From: an uncultured virus (IMG/VR IMGVR_UViG_2630968701_000001)
Lineage: Duplodnaviria > Heunggongvirae > Uroviricota > Caudoviricetes
IMG/VR virus record: IMGVR_UViG_2630968701_000001
Reading direction: 5' to 3' (one strand)
DNA: 64,000 nucleotides
The notes beneath the pieces are model-generated. The model worked only from the letters and a program-made list of their open reading frames with translations, ran no database searches and had not been told where the DNA came from. Shown one piece after another: positions 1 through 9,497 of the stretch. Each line of letters begins with the position of its first letter. Within the stretch, counting starts at the first letter, position 1. Made by a program: the position numbers and the translations under genes.

Positions 1-413
1 ATTCGGTGAAGGACCGCACGGATCACTCCGATCTTTGGCAGCTTGATCCCGTTCTCTGTCAGAGCAACGGTCCCCTTCTGATTATTGGTCGTATAGGAGT
101 TTTTACACCGTTTTTTTGCCTTGAACTTTGGAACACCGAATGCCTTTGGATTCTCGATATGATCCTTGATCGCCTTGTTCTGCTGTTTCTGCACATTGGA
201 AAGTGCCAGACTATCCACTTCCTTTAGATACGGATACGCTTCCTTATACTGTGCCGGCTGCGGATACAGACTCTTTCCAGTATCTTTATAATACTGATTC
301 CGGTCTGCGAGCATCAGATTCCAGATCTTCCGGCAGCACCCAAAACACTTCGCAAAGAAGGTCCGCTGTTCCTCAGTCGGATAAACGCGGTACTTATATT
401 CTTTTTGTTGCAT
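1..413 (-). CDS. tnpB: TnpB RNA-guided nuclease, N-terminal part (absent from ORF track)
   Basis: Manual translation MQQKEYKYRVYPTEEQRTFFAKCFGCCRKIWNLML...KEVDSLAL...IKLPKIG, typical OrfB N-terminus; RBS AAGGAG upstream. Confidence 0.9.
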   Translation of the reverse strand, partial: MQQKEYKYRVYPTEEQRTFFAKCFGCCRKIWNLMLADRNQYYKDTGKSLYPQPAQYKEAYPYLKEVDSLALSNVQKQQNKAIKDHIENPKAFGVPKFKAKKRCKNSYTTNNQKGTVALTENGIKLPKIGVIRAVLHR

Positions 414-454
414 CAGCTCTCTTCTCCTTTCTCATAAATATCTTTCTACGATAA

Positions 455-491
455 ATATGAGAGATTTCGGAGAAAAAAACTTTTCACATAT
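455..491 (-). promoter_or_regulatory. Bipartite motif copy inside IS element A, upstream of tnpB
   Basis: ATATGTGAAAAG...TCTCTCATATTT, 37 bp. Confidence 0.8.
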
Positions 492-548
492 AAGAAAACC
501 GGATTCATCCCACTGCCTACAAAGGCAGGGCAATTCTCCGGAATTTTG

Positions 549-624
549 TTAAAGCCCTGATCTTGTATACTTTAATTCCATATATTTCCTTGAAGTTATC
601 TTTCACAATTTCATATTTTTTCAA
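549..624 (-). pseudogene. 5' fragment of a paralogue of 650..1111, interrupted by IS element A
   Basis: MKKYEIVKDNFKEIYGIKVYKIRAL aligns with MEKIELVKSMHKMVDGVKVYRIRAL. Confidence 0.75.
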
Positions 625-649
625 TGATACCACCTGCCATATGAAATTT

Positions 650-1111
650 TTAGTCTGAAATAAATGCATTCCCTGAAAGCACAGTTTTCCCATAAATTTT
701 TGCATTTCCAAAGACATTAATGTGATCACCGATACATACTTCATCAGTTAATTCTGCATTTCCAAAAACTTTTGAATGTCCTGCTACAATAGCTTTTCCA
801 CTTATTTTGGCATAATCTCTTACTGCTGCTTCTTCACAAATAGTTGAATTTCCACAAACTATTGCATTTCCAGTTACCAAAGCATTATCTTTGACCTTAG
901 CCATCCCATATACAGCAGCATTTTCAGCGATCCAGCAATTTCCTTCTTCCGACAAATTGAGCAGATATTGAGCATATCCTCCCAAATCACCTTTTTTAAC
1001 TTCTTTGCACTGAAGATGACGAGGATAAAAGGATTTTAACGCTCGAATTCGATATACTTTAACCCCATCTACCATTTTGTGCATACTTTTTACTAATTCA
1101 ATTTTTTCCAT
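650..1111 (-). CDS. Phage-type left-handed beta-helix (hexapeptide repeat) protein
   Basis: YRIRALK..GDLGGY..NLS.EGNCW followed by A.V.GNA.V repeats. Confidence 0.8.
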   Translation of the reverse strand: MEKIELVKSMHKMVDGVKVYRIRALKSFYPRHLQCKEVKKGDLGGYAQYLLNLSEEGNCWIAENAAVYGMAKVKDNALVTGNAIVCGNSTICEEAAVRDYAKISGKAIVAGHSKVFGNAELTDEVCIGDHINVFGNAKIYGKTVLSGNAFISD

Positions 1112-1341
1112 CTTTTTCTCCTTATCTTAAAAACATTTGTAATCCGTTTAAAAAAATTTACAATATCCTCTTTGATCATTTCTCTAGTATTGACAAAATC
1201 ACTTTCTTCATCTTTTTTCCCACGAAGTTGATTGTCTCTGTGTATATATAGGTTTACCAAGAATTCCATAAGGCTCAAATACCAAGCAAAAATTGTAAAT
1301 ACTAGAGCCAAAAGACACACAATCTGTATTGCAATATTCAT
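1093..1341 (-). CDS. Small membrane protein
   Basis: Hydrophobic N-terminus; RBS GAGGTG; follows motif copy 1407-1442. Confidence 0.65.
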   Translation of the reverse strand: MNIAIQIVCLLALVFTIFAWYLSLMEFLVNLYIHRDNQLRGKKDEESDFVNTREMIKEDIVNFFKRITNVFKIRRKRWKKLN

Positions 1342-1479
1342 TAATCTAACACCTCACCTTCTTCCAACTTTGATTTTCATCCTTTTATTTTTTTTCTTCA
1401 TTACAAATATGAGATATTTTTCAATCTTCATTTTTCATATATAAAATTTTTGCAAAAGAAAAGACGGGGTATCCCCGCC

Positions 1480-2244
1480 TTATAAAGTAATAATCTCCTG
1501 CCCACATAACAGTTTAATTTTTGTCTTCAAAATTCTCTGCTGATTTTTTGGAAGATCGATCGTCAGGTCATCAAGATCAGAGATATCTTTCTCTCCATCT
1601 AGTACATCTCCAACAAAATCCAAAATATCACTACAATTTTTGTAAATATAGTAATCTACTGCATATGGGCTGTACGTGCATCCATTATCCCGAATGAACT
1701 GATACATTCTTCTTCCTGCATGGCTGACTGTGATCTTAGTTGATTCTATGATCTCTGCATTCTCCTTGTTACGGTCTTTATCTTTTACCCGAAAGGAAAA
1801 ATACTGATCAAATCGAAGGACACAATCTTTGATCTGATTTTTTGTTAGATCTTTTTCAAAATGAGAGCACAGATCTTCCAATGTCACATGATGTTTTTCT
1901 TCTACAATGAAGCTGATGATCGCTGCTAATTCTCTGCGATTTTTTAACGCTTTTTCAAAATCATGTCGTTCTGATAAGACTGATTCATTTTTAAAATATA
2001 AGTCACATAATGCGACAAAATAGGTAAGATCCATGAAACGTCCTACAGAATAGTTTTTTAGCGTTTCAGGAACAATCATGCTTTTGACATCGTCATAACA
2101 GGCTTCAACAAGATTAAATACATTCGATCTGATTCCGTATTTGATGTATCGAAAAACATGTTCTTCAATTTCTCCTATCAGTTCATTTACTTCCTGATCA
2201 TTATCTTTTTCTGATATTACTTTTAAAAAATCTTCTTTTTTCAT
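1480..2244 (-). CDS. Hypothetical protein
   Basis: 254 aa ORF with GGAGG RBS. Confidence 0.7.
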   Translation of the reverse strand: MKKEDFLKVISEKDNDQEVNELIGEIEEHVFRYIKYGIRSNVFNLVEACYDDVKSMIVPETLKNYSVGRFMDLTYFVALCDLYFKNESVLSERHDFEKALKNRRELAAIISFIVEEKHHVTLEDLCSHFEKDLTKNQIKDCVLRFDQYFSFRVKDKDRNKENAEIIESTKITVSHAGRRMYQFIRDNGCTYSPYAVDYYIYKNCSDILDFVGDVLDGEKDISDLDDLTIDLPKNQQRILKTKIKLLCGQEIITL

Positions 2245-2491
2245 TTTCTTTCCGCCTCCAATTTTTCTGCGATTCTGCGCAGATCAATCTGTAATACTCC
2301 TTCCACATCTCCAGGCAGATCTGTTTTCATATTCTCAATGTCAGAAATTTTTTTTCTTTCCATCGATCAGATCTTCTACAAAATCCTGCACGATTTTTGC
2401 TGTTTTATAAGATGCCTGATCCAAAGCAAACTGACTCTAACTGATCTGCACACCAATAGGTGGCAGCTTTCACTCTCAAAGTTTTGTAATC
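2241..2491 (-). pseudogene. C-terminal remnant of a paralogue of 1480..2244
   Basis: DY|SQFALDQASYKTAKIVQDFVEDLIDGKKKISD aligns with YSPYAVDYYIYKNCSDILDFVGDVLDGEKDISD; frameshift at an A8 run; split by a 49 bp mini-IS. Confidence 0.7.
2437..2485 (-). mobile_element. 49 bp mini-element: fused left and right ends of IS element C
   Basis: TTAC|AAAACTTTGAGAGTGAAAGCTGCCACCTATTGGTGTGCAGATCAGTTAG; 5' part matches 13083 onward, 3' part matches 14946-14975. Confidence 0.9.
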
Positions 2492-3061
2492 TTAAATTAA
2501 CTGCGGTGAAATCTTTAGATAAATATCACAGAATGTGCTATCTCCAACACAATCTATTTTTTCAAGAAATGCTGGATGTTTTGTGAATCTGTCTCCACGA
2601 AAATAGATCCAATTAAATCCTCCTAATCTTGCACAAACTCGTAATATATTGTCTTGTCCAACATATTTATTGAATGTGTTCACATTTTTGATAATGTTTT
2701 TTCTGTCCTTCTTGCATTCAAATTTTGCTGTTTTTCGATGTCTTCCATGAATATTTTCCCATCTGACAGACTCATCCCATCCCGTTTCTTCATCATACTT
2801 TAAATATCTACGTCTTTTACTGGGTTTCATCTCATAACTTAACGTGGGTTGTAATCTTGGATCATTCCATCTGTGATAATCATCAATTAATGCAGCAACG
2901 TTTGCAACTTCATTTTCTATTATCATTTCATTTAATTCTTCTGTTGTAATTTTTCTTGTGAATTTCATTAAATTAAATGCTTTTAATTGAGGAATATTTA
3001 TATTAATTGAATCTAGTAAAAAATTCAATGCTTCAATGTTATAACTTTCATGTAAATACAT
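2492..3061 (-). CDS. Hypothetical protein
   Basis: 189 aa ORF after motif copy 3086-3121 and AAGGAG. Confidence 0.7.
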   Translation of the reverse strand: MYLHESYNIEALNFLLDSININIPQLKAFNLMKFTRKITTEELNEMIIENEVANVAALIDDYHRWNDPRLQPTLSYEMKPSKRRRYLKYDEETGWDESVRWENIHGRHRKTAKFECKKDRKNIIKNVNTFNKYVGQDNILRVCARLGGFNWIYFRGDRFTKHPAFLEKIDCVGDSTFCDIYLKISPQLI

Positions 3062-3171
3062 CTTGAATTTCTCCTTTTATTTTAAATATGACGGAATTTA
3101 TGAAAAAAGTTTTTCACATATAAAAAAACTCTGCGGCAAAACCTATATTGTCTTACAACAGAGTTTCTTGC

Positions 3172-3513
3172 TTATGATACAGTTAATGTATAGTCCATTG
3201 AAGCCCCGCTTCCATTTCCAAAAGCAAAGCGAATTATTTTATCATCGACTTTTTCATTTGTAAAATCATGAATTATTTCTCCGTTTTTATAATGATAGCT
3301 CCCCAAAGGACGATCCTTTGGATCAAAAATTACAATACATCCGCAATCTTCTGGTTTTGTTTCCAATATGATTTTAAGAAATTGATCAACTGTGCATTCC
3401 CTGTAAAAATGGGCTATATATCTGTTAGGAGCTGCTTGATTAAACTCAAATGGTTTATTATTCATTCCTTGCCTCTTCTTCGTTGACAACGATCTCTTTT
3501 TCTTTTTCGTCAT
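3172..3513 (-). CDS. Hypothetical protein
   Basis: Co-oriented ORF in operon. Confidence 0.6.
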   Translation of the reverse strand: MTKKKKRSLSTKKRQGMNNKPFEFNQAAPNRYIAHFYRECTVDQFLKIILETKPEDCGCIVIFDPKDRPLGSYHYKNGEIIHDFTNEKVDDKIIRFAFGNGSGASMDYTLTVS

Positions 3514-3544
3514 AGCTTGTTAATCTGCTCATTTTCTTTCTCCT

Positions 3545-4054
3545 TTATGGATCAATGATTGTTAATGTTTTATTTTTCATATCCTTCTTTAGCATATAGT
3601 CATGGTCATATTCCATTTTATTCAATAATTTCTTTATTTCTTTTTCTGATAGCTTCTTCTTATCATGCAAGATCTGATATCCATGCTGATATAAGATCTG
3701 TGCATTTTCGTATTCTCTTGAGCCGATTTTGATTCTTGCTATTTGCACAGTTTTAGACTTATGATTCGCCTGTAATACAATTTTTCTTTCTGGAATGAAA
3801 ATAGAATCAACAAATTGATATTCATCTGAATCTTTTTTATCCTTTTCTTCAGAGTAATTGTATTCATTTAACTGCGACAAAAATTGCTTGATAAGATTAT
3901 CTGAAAGAGTTTCCTGCTTGTATACAAATGTATAATTTTCTTTGTAACACTTCTCAATCTCATTCTTTGAAACAATATTGTCTTTTACTTGGCCAATGAT
4001 CGCAACAATGACAATAATTCCAAGTAGTACTTTGTAAGGAGTCTCAATTCTCAT
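3545..4054 (-). CDS. Membrane-anchored hypothetical protein
   Basis: N-terminal hydrophobic segment; overlaps stop of upstream gene. Confidence 0.65.
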   Translation of the reverse strand: MRIETPYKVLLGIIVIVAIIGQVKDNIVSKNEIEKCYKENYTFVYKQETLSDNLIKQFLSQLNEYNYSEEKDKKDSDEYQFVDSIFIPERKIVLQANHKSKTVQIARIKIGSREYENAQILYQHGYQILHDKKKLSEKEIKKLLNKMEYDHDYMLKKDMKNKTLTIIDP

Positions 4055-4644
4055 TCTTGCTCCTCCTTTTGCAAAATCAAGTCAATATCTTCAATCCTCT
4101 TCAAAAGACGTCTCTTTTCCTCTTTCAGAGCCCAAAAATCAATATCATCTTCTACAAGATCAATCTCATATTCTTCTGTTGGGCGTTCCAGAGCAGCTTC
4201 ATAAAGATTTTTGTTTACATTATGCAGCAGAATCTCACTACCTTTTTCAACTCCACTTTCCCAATGAGCTGCACTTCCACCACTGCATGGATTTCCATGA
4301 ACATAAACAACATCTCTTCCTGGTTTTCCACCGCTATCGCGTCCGTAGGCATGACTTAGAACTTTTCCAAAAAGCATCACATCTGCTTGTTCTTCACACA
4401 TATATTCTTTGACATGGATTCGAACGGTAACTTTTTCATTAATATCAACGTCTGAATACCCATAAATCTCTCTCATGACGGTTCTTGCAGCATCCAGATT
4501 TTCTTTATTGATCGTCCAGCATTTTTTACGAGTATCCCATCTGGCATCAGAAAATTGTTTGATCCTTTTGACAAAATCCATGTTATATGGTGTAAACAGC
4601 ATCGCCTTCTCATCTTTGATCTTTACCTGAATTTCTTTGCTCAT
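4051..4644 (-). CDS. Phage-like hypothetical protein
   Basis: TPYN.DFVKRIK...ARWD....W N-terminal motif; AAGGAG RBS. Confidence 0.65.
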   Translation of the reverse strand: MSKEIQVKIKDEKAMLFTPYNMDFVKRIKQFSDARWDTRKKCWTINKENLDAARTVMREIYGYSDVDINEKVTVRIHVKEYMCEEQADVMLFGKVLSHAYGRDSGGKPGRDVVYVHGNPCSGGSAAHWESGVEKGSEILLHNVNKNLYEAALERPTEEYEIDLVEDDIDFWALKEEKRRLLKRIEDIDLILQKEEQE

Positions 4645-5197
4645 TTGTGACTCCTTTCAATTCGATATCTTCTAGTTCTATCCCATCCAAAAGCAGCAAC
4701 CTGCCGCGATATTCTTTGATCTTGTATGGTCCTAATTCTTCTTTTGTCATGAAACGATGGCCAAATCGCTGTTTCATATTTTTCCAAACAATCCAGGGAA
4801 CCCGATAAAAGAATCTCATCTCCAGACTTACCATAACAAAGCATAAGGCATTTAGTTTTTGATGTTCGTCTAAGAGTTTTGTCTGTACTTCTGTTACAAC
4901 AGATTGTTGTATTCGGTCTTTAATCGTTGATTTTGCCTCAAAAATAATACATTGCCCGTTACATAAAACACCTTTGAAATCCGGCTGTGCTTTTTTCATA
5001 TAGAATCCAGTCACTCTTCCATCTTTTCGTACTTCAATTGTTTTAAACGGTTCCGGCGTTTTTAAAATACATGCGATCCCTCTTTCACGATAAAAGGAAA
5101 GACTGATTTCGATCAGTTCTTCAAAATTATCTCCATTGATTTTATTGTTTATGCAATACATAACAGCACCCAACTTCCAACTCCATCTTTCGTCCAT
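4610..5197 (-). CDS. recU: RecU-like Holliday junction resolvase (start may be Met at 5161)
   Basis: G..FE, K.PEP, PDFKG, FEAKST, V...Q motifs. Confidence 0.85.
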   Translation of the reverse strand: MDERWSWKLGAVMYCINNKINGDNFEELIEISLSFYRERGIACILKTPEPFKTIEVRKDGRVTGFYMKKAQPDFKGVLCNGQCIIFEAKSTIKDRIQQSVVTEVQTKLLDEHQKLNALCFVMVSLEMRFFYRVPWIVWKNMKQRFGHRFMTKEELGPYKIKEYRGRLLLLDGIELEDIELKGVTNEQRNSGKDQR

Positions 5198-5526
5198 TCT
5201 TTACACTTCTGATCAATTTCTTCAATTGGAGTATCCGAAGGGAAATCTACTACTTCTGCTCTTCGATAAGGAGCTTTTTCATATTTTGCATGCATCATGA
5301 TGTATACTTTGGAACACAATTCAAACGGATCGGAATATGTAATTTCTTTTTTCTTTTTTAAAGGTCTTCGGATAATTCCTTCTCCAACTTTTTTTGTTGC
5401 AGTTTTAAATTCCTCTTCTAATTTTTCACGATCACATTTTGGGCATGTCATTTTTCCTTCTTTGATGACCATTAAATGTCTGCATTTTGGACAGATCTTT
5501 AATCCTGTTGTAATTTTTTCCATCAT
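5149..5526 (-). CDS. Zinc-ribbon hypothetical protein
   Basis: CPKC-x11-CPKC. Confidence 0.65.
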   Translation of the reverse strand: MMEKITTGLKICPKCRHLMVIKEGKMTCPKCDREKLEEEFKTATKKVGEGIIRRPLKKKKEITYSDPFELCSKVYIMMHAKYEKAPYRRAEVVDFPSDTPIEEIDQKCKEWTKDGVGSWVLLCIA

Positions 5527-5800
5527 TCTCTTCTCCTTTATTTCCTTTCATTTAAATCGATATATAATTCTCGTTCAAACGAATCTGCTTCTATATTCAT
5601 TGTGTCATTTGGAATCATTCGATATTGAGATGGAACCTTTTTTAATTTATTGATGATTGTTTTAATATTTGGGACAACTTCGCCTGAATTAATAATTCTG
5701 TAGACTTTCCCGTCAAATTTAATAAAGCCATCTAAGGGACGGCTGGCAGCTTCTTCTTTACTGATTGCCTCAATCCATTTCACAATATCGTCATACTGTC

Positions 5801-7718
5801 GTGAACTACTCGGCAATTGAATTACCGCGCATCTGAAGAAGAACCTCAAACACTCATGTAAAACCATTCCGATTCTTTTGAAAAGAACCCATCTTATGTG
5901 CGAGCGCATAAGACAGAGAGCTTCCCATCGGAACAGTCCGGATACGGTCATGCCATACCAGGACAGCGGTAGTTCCTATGACCCGTAGTTCCGGCATCTA
6001 CACAGCTTTCGCTGCGATTTACGATACCATCCCTTGCGGGTGCTGCTTTTTAAATCGTTTGTTCTGTTCCATATAATAACCCTTAAGGGCATTTTGAAGA
6101 CCTTTCCCGTATCTGTGCTTTTCACAGATATCCATCAGATCTTTGTTTACTGCACGTTCCCGGATATTAATGCTTCCTACATGGTCTGCATCATCTTCAT
6201 AACCGCAGCAAGTACACCTGAACTTCTTTCCGTCTCGGTTTGCTCTGTCCAGGTTACCGCATACTGGGCAGACCTGGCTGGTAAACTCAGGAGCTACCTC
6301 AATGAAGTCATATCCTTTCCAGTTCAGTGCCCTCATCAGTGCTTCCTGTGTCTTGCCACGGGCAAAGCAGGAAAACATCCCGTTTACTTTACGGCTCTTC
6401 TTGAATTCTTTTATATCAAGACGCTCGATAACAGTAAGGGTGTCTCTTTTGAGTCCATCCATATATCCAGTAACAGATTTACGGATTTCCTGATCCAGCA
6501 GCCCGTAGTAGCGACGTTTCTTCCGGTATGGAGCATTCATCGTCTGCATCATCTCATCCAACCGGTCCATCTTCTGGATGAGAGAACGTCTCACATCCTC
6601 TGGAAGGGCCTTATGATGACGCAGATAATGGCTGATAGATCGTTTCTTGTTACGTAGATCGGAAAGACCGGCAAATGACGGTTCTACAGTGCTATGATAA
6701 AAATCAAGCACAGGTTTCATAGAGCCGATCGCATTCCCGTCGGAAGTGTGGAACACGTCCGTGATGCCGGTATCCACGCCTCTGATTACCGATGTCTTTG
6801 GCTGTTTCACGGAACGAGTGTAAGCCCATCCAACACGAAGATTCCCATTCTTTACACACACGAAAACAGATCCTGCCATTTTATTGCTTTTGATCTTATG
6901 CAGAGAATGTCTGCTGGTGTTCAAAGGAACGATGAAACGTTTATTCCTGTTGAATGGGTCTGTAACAGAAATGACGTACGGAGCTTTTATATCCGCTGAC
7001 TCTTCTATTCTCATCAGACGGCTGTCCAGAGGGACCTCGGTGCGTGAAATATGAGGAATCCTGTATTCTGCCGTATGAACAGCGTAGGAATCCACTAATT
7101 CTTGCATAAGGAAACGGAATTCATCTTCATCCAGACTGTCCAGTGTGTCTGCACAGTCTTTATAGAAACTGATATTCCTACCGTTCTTCCTGTTTGCAAG
7201 ATCTTTCATGACCGCAGACATTTCTTTTTTCGACTGTCTCATCAAAGACATGGCGAAAAGAACCTTAGACTGTGTAAATATGGTCTGATCCTCTGCATAC
7301 ATATCCTTACGGATTGTATTAATCCGGTTGGAAAGACGGGTAAATGCATAATCGAATGCCGCCTGACAGAACGCAGAATTTAAACCCGCAGGACGGAACT
7401 GTTTTTCCAGCTTCCGTACGACACTGTCTTTCTTGTCGTTTTTTACAAGCTGCAGGAACAGACCATCCGTCTCACAGATGGTTCTGATATTCTCGTTTGC
7501 AAGTTCACAGAATCTCTGCTGCATACGGGATAAAAGATGAAGTTTTGCTTTATTCGGTTCGCCGTAAAGAAACACGGACTTTACCGGTGATGTTTCAAAC
7601 GTCGAATCTTTTCGTCTGTATGCTCTTGCCATCGTCTGCTCCTTTCTTTAGTATTTTAAATTAACAAAAAACGCTTTCATCTCGTCAATTGAATTACCGA
7701 GGATTCCCGCTTATTATC
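5801..7718 (-). mobile_element. IS200/IS605-family tnpB-only element B
   Basis: Near-identical subterminal hairpins at 7681-7699 and 5809-5827 (18/19); right end GTAGTTCAC; TTAG precedes left end; removal restores host reading frame. Confidence 0.8.
6019..7632 (-). CDS. tnpB: Large TnpB (537 aa), RuvC triad intact
   Basis: GVDTG, VIERL, TSQVCPVCG..CTCCG zinc finger, DADHVGSINI. Confidence 0.9.
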   Translation of the reverse strand: MARAYRRKDSTFETSPVKSVFLYGEPNKAKLHLLSRMQQRFCELANENIRTICETDGLFLQLVKNDKKDSVVRKLEKQFRPAGLNSAFCQAAFDYAFTRLSNRINTIRKDMYAEDQTIFTQSKVLFAMSLMRQSKKEMSAVMKDLANRKNGRNISFYKDCADTLDSLDEDEFRFLMQELVDSYAVHTAEYRIPHISRTEVPLDSRLMRIEESADIKAPYVISVTDPFNRNKRFIVPLNTSRHSLHKIKSNKMAGSVFVCVKNGNLRVGWAYTRSVKQPKTSVIRGVDTGITDVFHTSDGNAIGSMKPVLDFYHSTVEPSFAGLSDLRNKKRSISHYLRHHKALPEDVRRSLIQKMDRLDEMMQTMNAPYRKKRRYYGLLDQEIRKSVTGYMDGLKRDTLTVIERLDIKEFKKSRKVNGMFSCFARGKTQEALMRALNWKGYDFIEVAPEFTSQVCPVCGNLDRANRDGKKFRCTCCGYEDDADHVGSINIRERAVNKDLMDICEKHRYGKGLQNALKGYYMEQNKRFKKQHPQGMVS

Positions 7719-7887
7719 CTAAATCTTTTAAAATGGAATCTTCATGTCTTGTACAATTTGTTTCACGAATAATAATTTTCATTTTTTCTTTTCTCCTTTA
7801 TTTCTTATTTTCTAATACAAATATGAAAGAATTTTTCCGAAAAGATTTTCACATATAAAAAAAGAGGCCATTACAACCTCTCTTTTT

Positions 7888-8046
7888 TTAATCGACAAAC
7901 CCGATAACGACACCGTTTTTGTCTACCAACGGGGTAGATGTTCCAGTTTCGTTATAGTATTCGCATGCTTCTGCATAGAAGCATCCTTCACAACAGTTTG
8001 TTGTGTTGAGCTTACATGCAGATACAGATTTATTTAGATTTTCCAT
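7888..8046 (-). CDS. 52 aa Cys-rich small protein (below ORF-track cutoff)
   Basis: MENLNKSVSACKLNTTNCCEGCFYAEACEYY...; AAGGAG RBS; terminator hairpin follows. Confidence 0.65.
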   Translation of the reverse strand: MENLNKSVSACKLNTTNCCEGCFYAEACEYYNETGTSTPLVDKNGVVIGFVD

Positions 8047-8146
8047 AATTTTTCTCCTTCTCCATTAATTAAGCTGTTATCGTACCGATCAGGGCATATT
8101 CACTCATGCTGCTATCCCTTTGACGGGAATACTTTTGGGATTCAGT

Positions 8147-8455
8147 TCATAGAACTTCCTGACTGATATACTTTCCAGTATCTTTGTCGAAATGAAAGCA
8201 TACTAAATTTGCACCGATCATTGTACAAGCATTGATAATAGCGACTGTTGCCATTGTTAATCCTGTAATGTACAAATTTACAAGATCGCCTTTTTCGATT
8301 TTATAATCGTTTTTTAAGACGTCTTGTGCTTGTGTTAATAGCTTCTTTGGATTCATTTCGATGATTATTGCTCCAAAGACAGCCCCGTCCGTTGCCTGAG
8401 GGATATCATGTCTTCCCTGACAAACAGCTACATTAATTGTTTTAAAATTTTTCAT
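8147..8455 (-). CDS. Hypothetical protein, paralogue of 27220..27588
   Basis: Shared MKTI.V..C.G, LY, C..(F/Y)DKDTGKYIS. Confidence 0.7.
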   Translation of the reverse strand: MKNFKTINVAVCQGRHDIPQATDGAVFGAIIIEMNPKKLLTQAQDVLKNDYKIEKGDLVNLYITGLTMATVAIINACTMIGANLVCFHFDKDTGKYISQEVL

Positions 8456-8628
8456 GATTTTTTCCTTAATTTTCTTTTCTCCTAATCGTCGTTAATATTT
8501 ACATCTCAAATATGAGGGATTTGATAACTCATAACTGACGGAAAAAAGAGAGCCAAAAAATGACTCTCTTGTAAAACTTTTCTCTTATTTTGTCAAAGCA
8601 TAGTCGCAGTCGAAATTTTCATTTCTTT

Positions 8629-9156
8629 CTACTTTACATCAAACAATTTTCTTGCATCTTTTAATGCTTTTTCAATGCATTCAAATTCAACTTCTAAACA
8701 TAAAGCTTTACAGTAATCATTGTCTAGATCAGGGCATACCGTGATAGTATGAGGAAATGCATGATCTTCTGCAGAGTTATAATATTTTTCTGCATCGTAT
8801 TTTGTTAGGTACCTTCTAAAAGAATGTAAGATATCATTCTCTTCTTCTTTGTTCTTTGCTCTTAAGACAATGACAGAATCTTCATCTTCTTTTGGCAGAC
8901 ATGTCTGAAGAATTCGTGAAAAGATATTTTGTTTTTTCAGTCCTTTTTCGATATCTTTTTTATAAGAATCAGAGTATTTTGGATCATTTGTATAGATCCC
9001 AAATTTCTTAAAACATTTTTTTTCGATTACTTCAAGATCGAGTTCGTCTTGATAAAACTGAGCATCGAATTTATCTTCGAATCTCTTTCCGTCAGAAGTG
9101 ATATAAATCTCTTTTTCTTCTCCTGTTACTTTGATTGTTTTGATTTTTGAATTCAT
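8629..9156 (-). CDS. YIT.DG family protein (copy 1 of 3)
   Basis: YITSDG..F, CF.K.GI.T, FP.T motifs shared with 19524 and 20173 ORFs. Confidence 0.75.
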   Translation of the reverse strand: MNSKIKTIKVTGEEKEIYITSDGKRFEDKFDAQFYQDELDLEVIEKKCFKKFGIYTNDPKYSDSYKKDIEKGLKKQNIFSRILQTCLPKEDEDSVIVLRAKNKEEENDILHSFRRYLTKYDAEKYYNSAEDHAFPHTITVCPDLDNDYCKALCLEVEFECIEKALKDARKLFDVK

Positions 9157-9274
9157 GATTTTTCTCCTTTATTTCTCTCAATCGTCATTAATAATTACAC
9201 TATAAGTATGAGATTTTTAAGAACGAATAATTTTCGTATCCATGAATTCTGGCATATTTCGCTTGCAATAGTTT

Positions 9275-9346
9275 TCCATCCGGTTTGCAATCAGACATGC
9301 AATGAGAACAATTCATTTTACATGCATATGTTAATTGAACAAGCAT
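9275..9346 (-). pseudogene. N-terminal fragment of radical SAM paralogue
   Basis: MLVQLTYACKMNCSHCMSDCKPDG nearly identical to start of 21757..22566. Confidence 0.85.
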
Positions 9347-9497
9347 TTTTCCGAAAAGATTTTCACATATAAAAAACACCAAAGATCTCTCTCTGATGTT
9401 TTTGCTCACTGAATCGGTTTATAGAGTTTTGCATTTAAGCAGTCCCTGTAAAATGGCAGGAAACGGGTTGTATATGCATTGATCGCTTCTTCGCTAG

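Larger units (their letters stand above)
1..548 (-). mobile_element. IS200/IS605-family tnpB-only element A (truncated by window edge)
   Basis: Minus strand: TTTAA (553-549), then left end CAAAATTCCGGAGAATTGCCCTGCCTTTGTAGGCAG hairpin, then tnpB with no tnpA in between; interrupts a gene starting at 624. Confidence 0.85.
5538..7782 (-). pseudogene. Hypothetical gene split by IS element B
   Basis: Joining 7782-7719 to 5800-5538 gives an in-frame 108 aa ORF (MKIIIRE...KDLGQYDDIVKW...). Confidence 0.75.

Noticed and set aside
6..454. Plus-strand ORFs 6..227 and 203..454, and similar antisense ORFs throughout
   Set aside because: Shadows of real genes on the opposite strand
6019..7632. Cas12f or nuclease-dead TnpB regulator
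   Set aside because: No array; IS ends present; catalytic residues intact
5809..7699. 18/19 bp direct repeat around tnpB B as att site, target duplication or self-targeting guide
   Set aside because: Both copies are palindromic subterminal IS hairpins; the right end continues to GTAGTTCAC, and removal of 5801-7718, not of the repeat-to-repeat interval, restores the host gene
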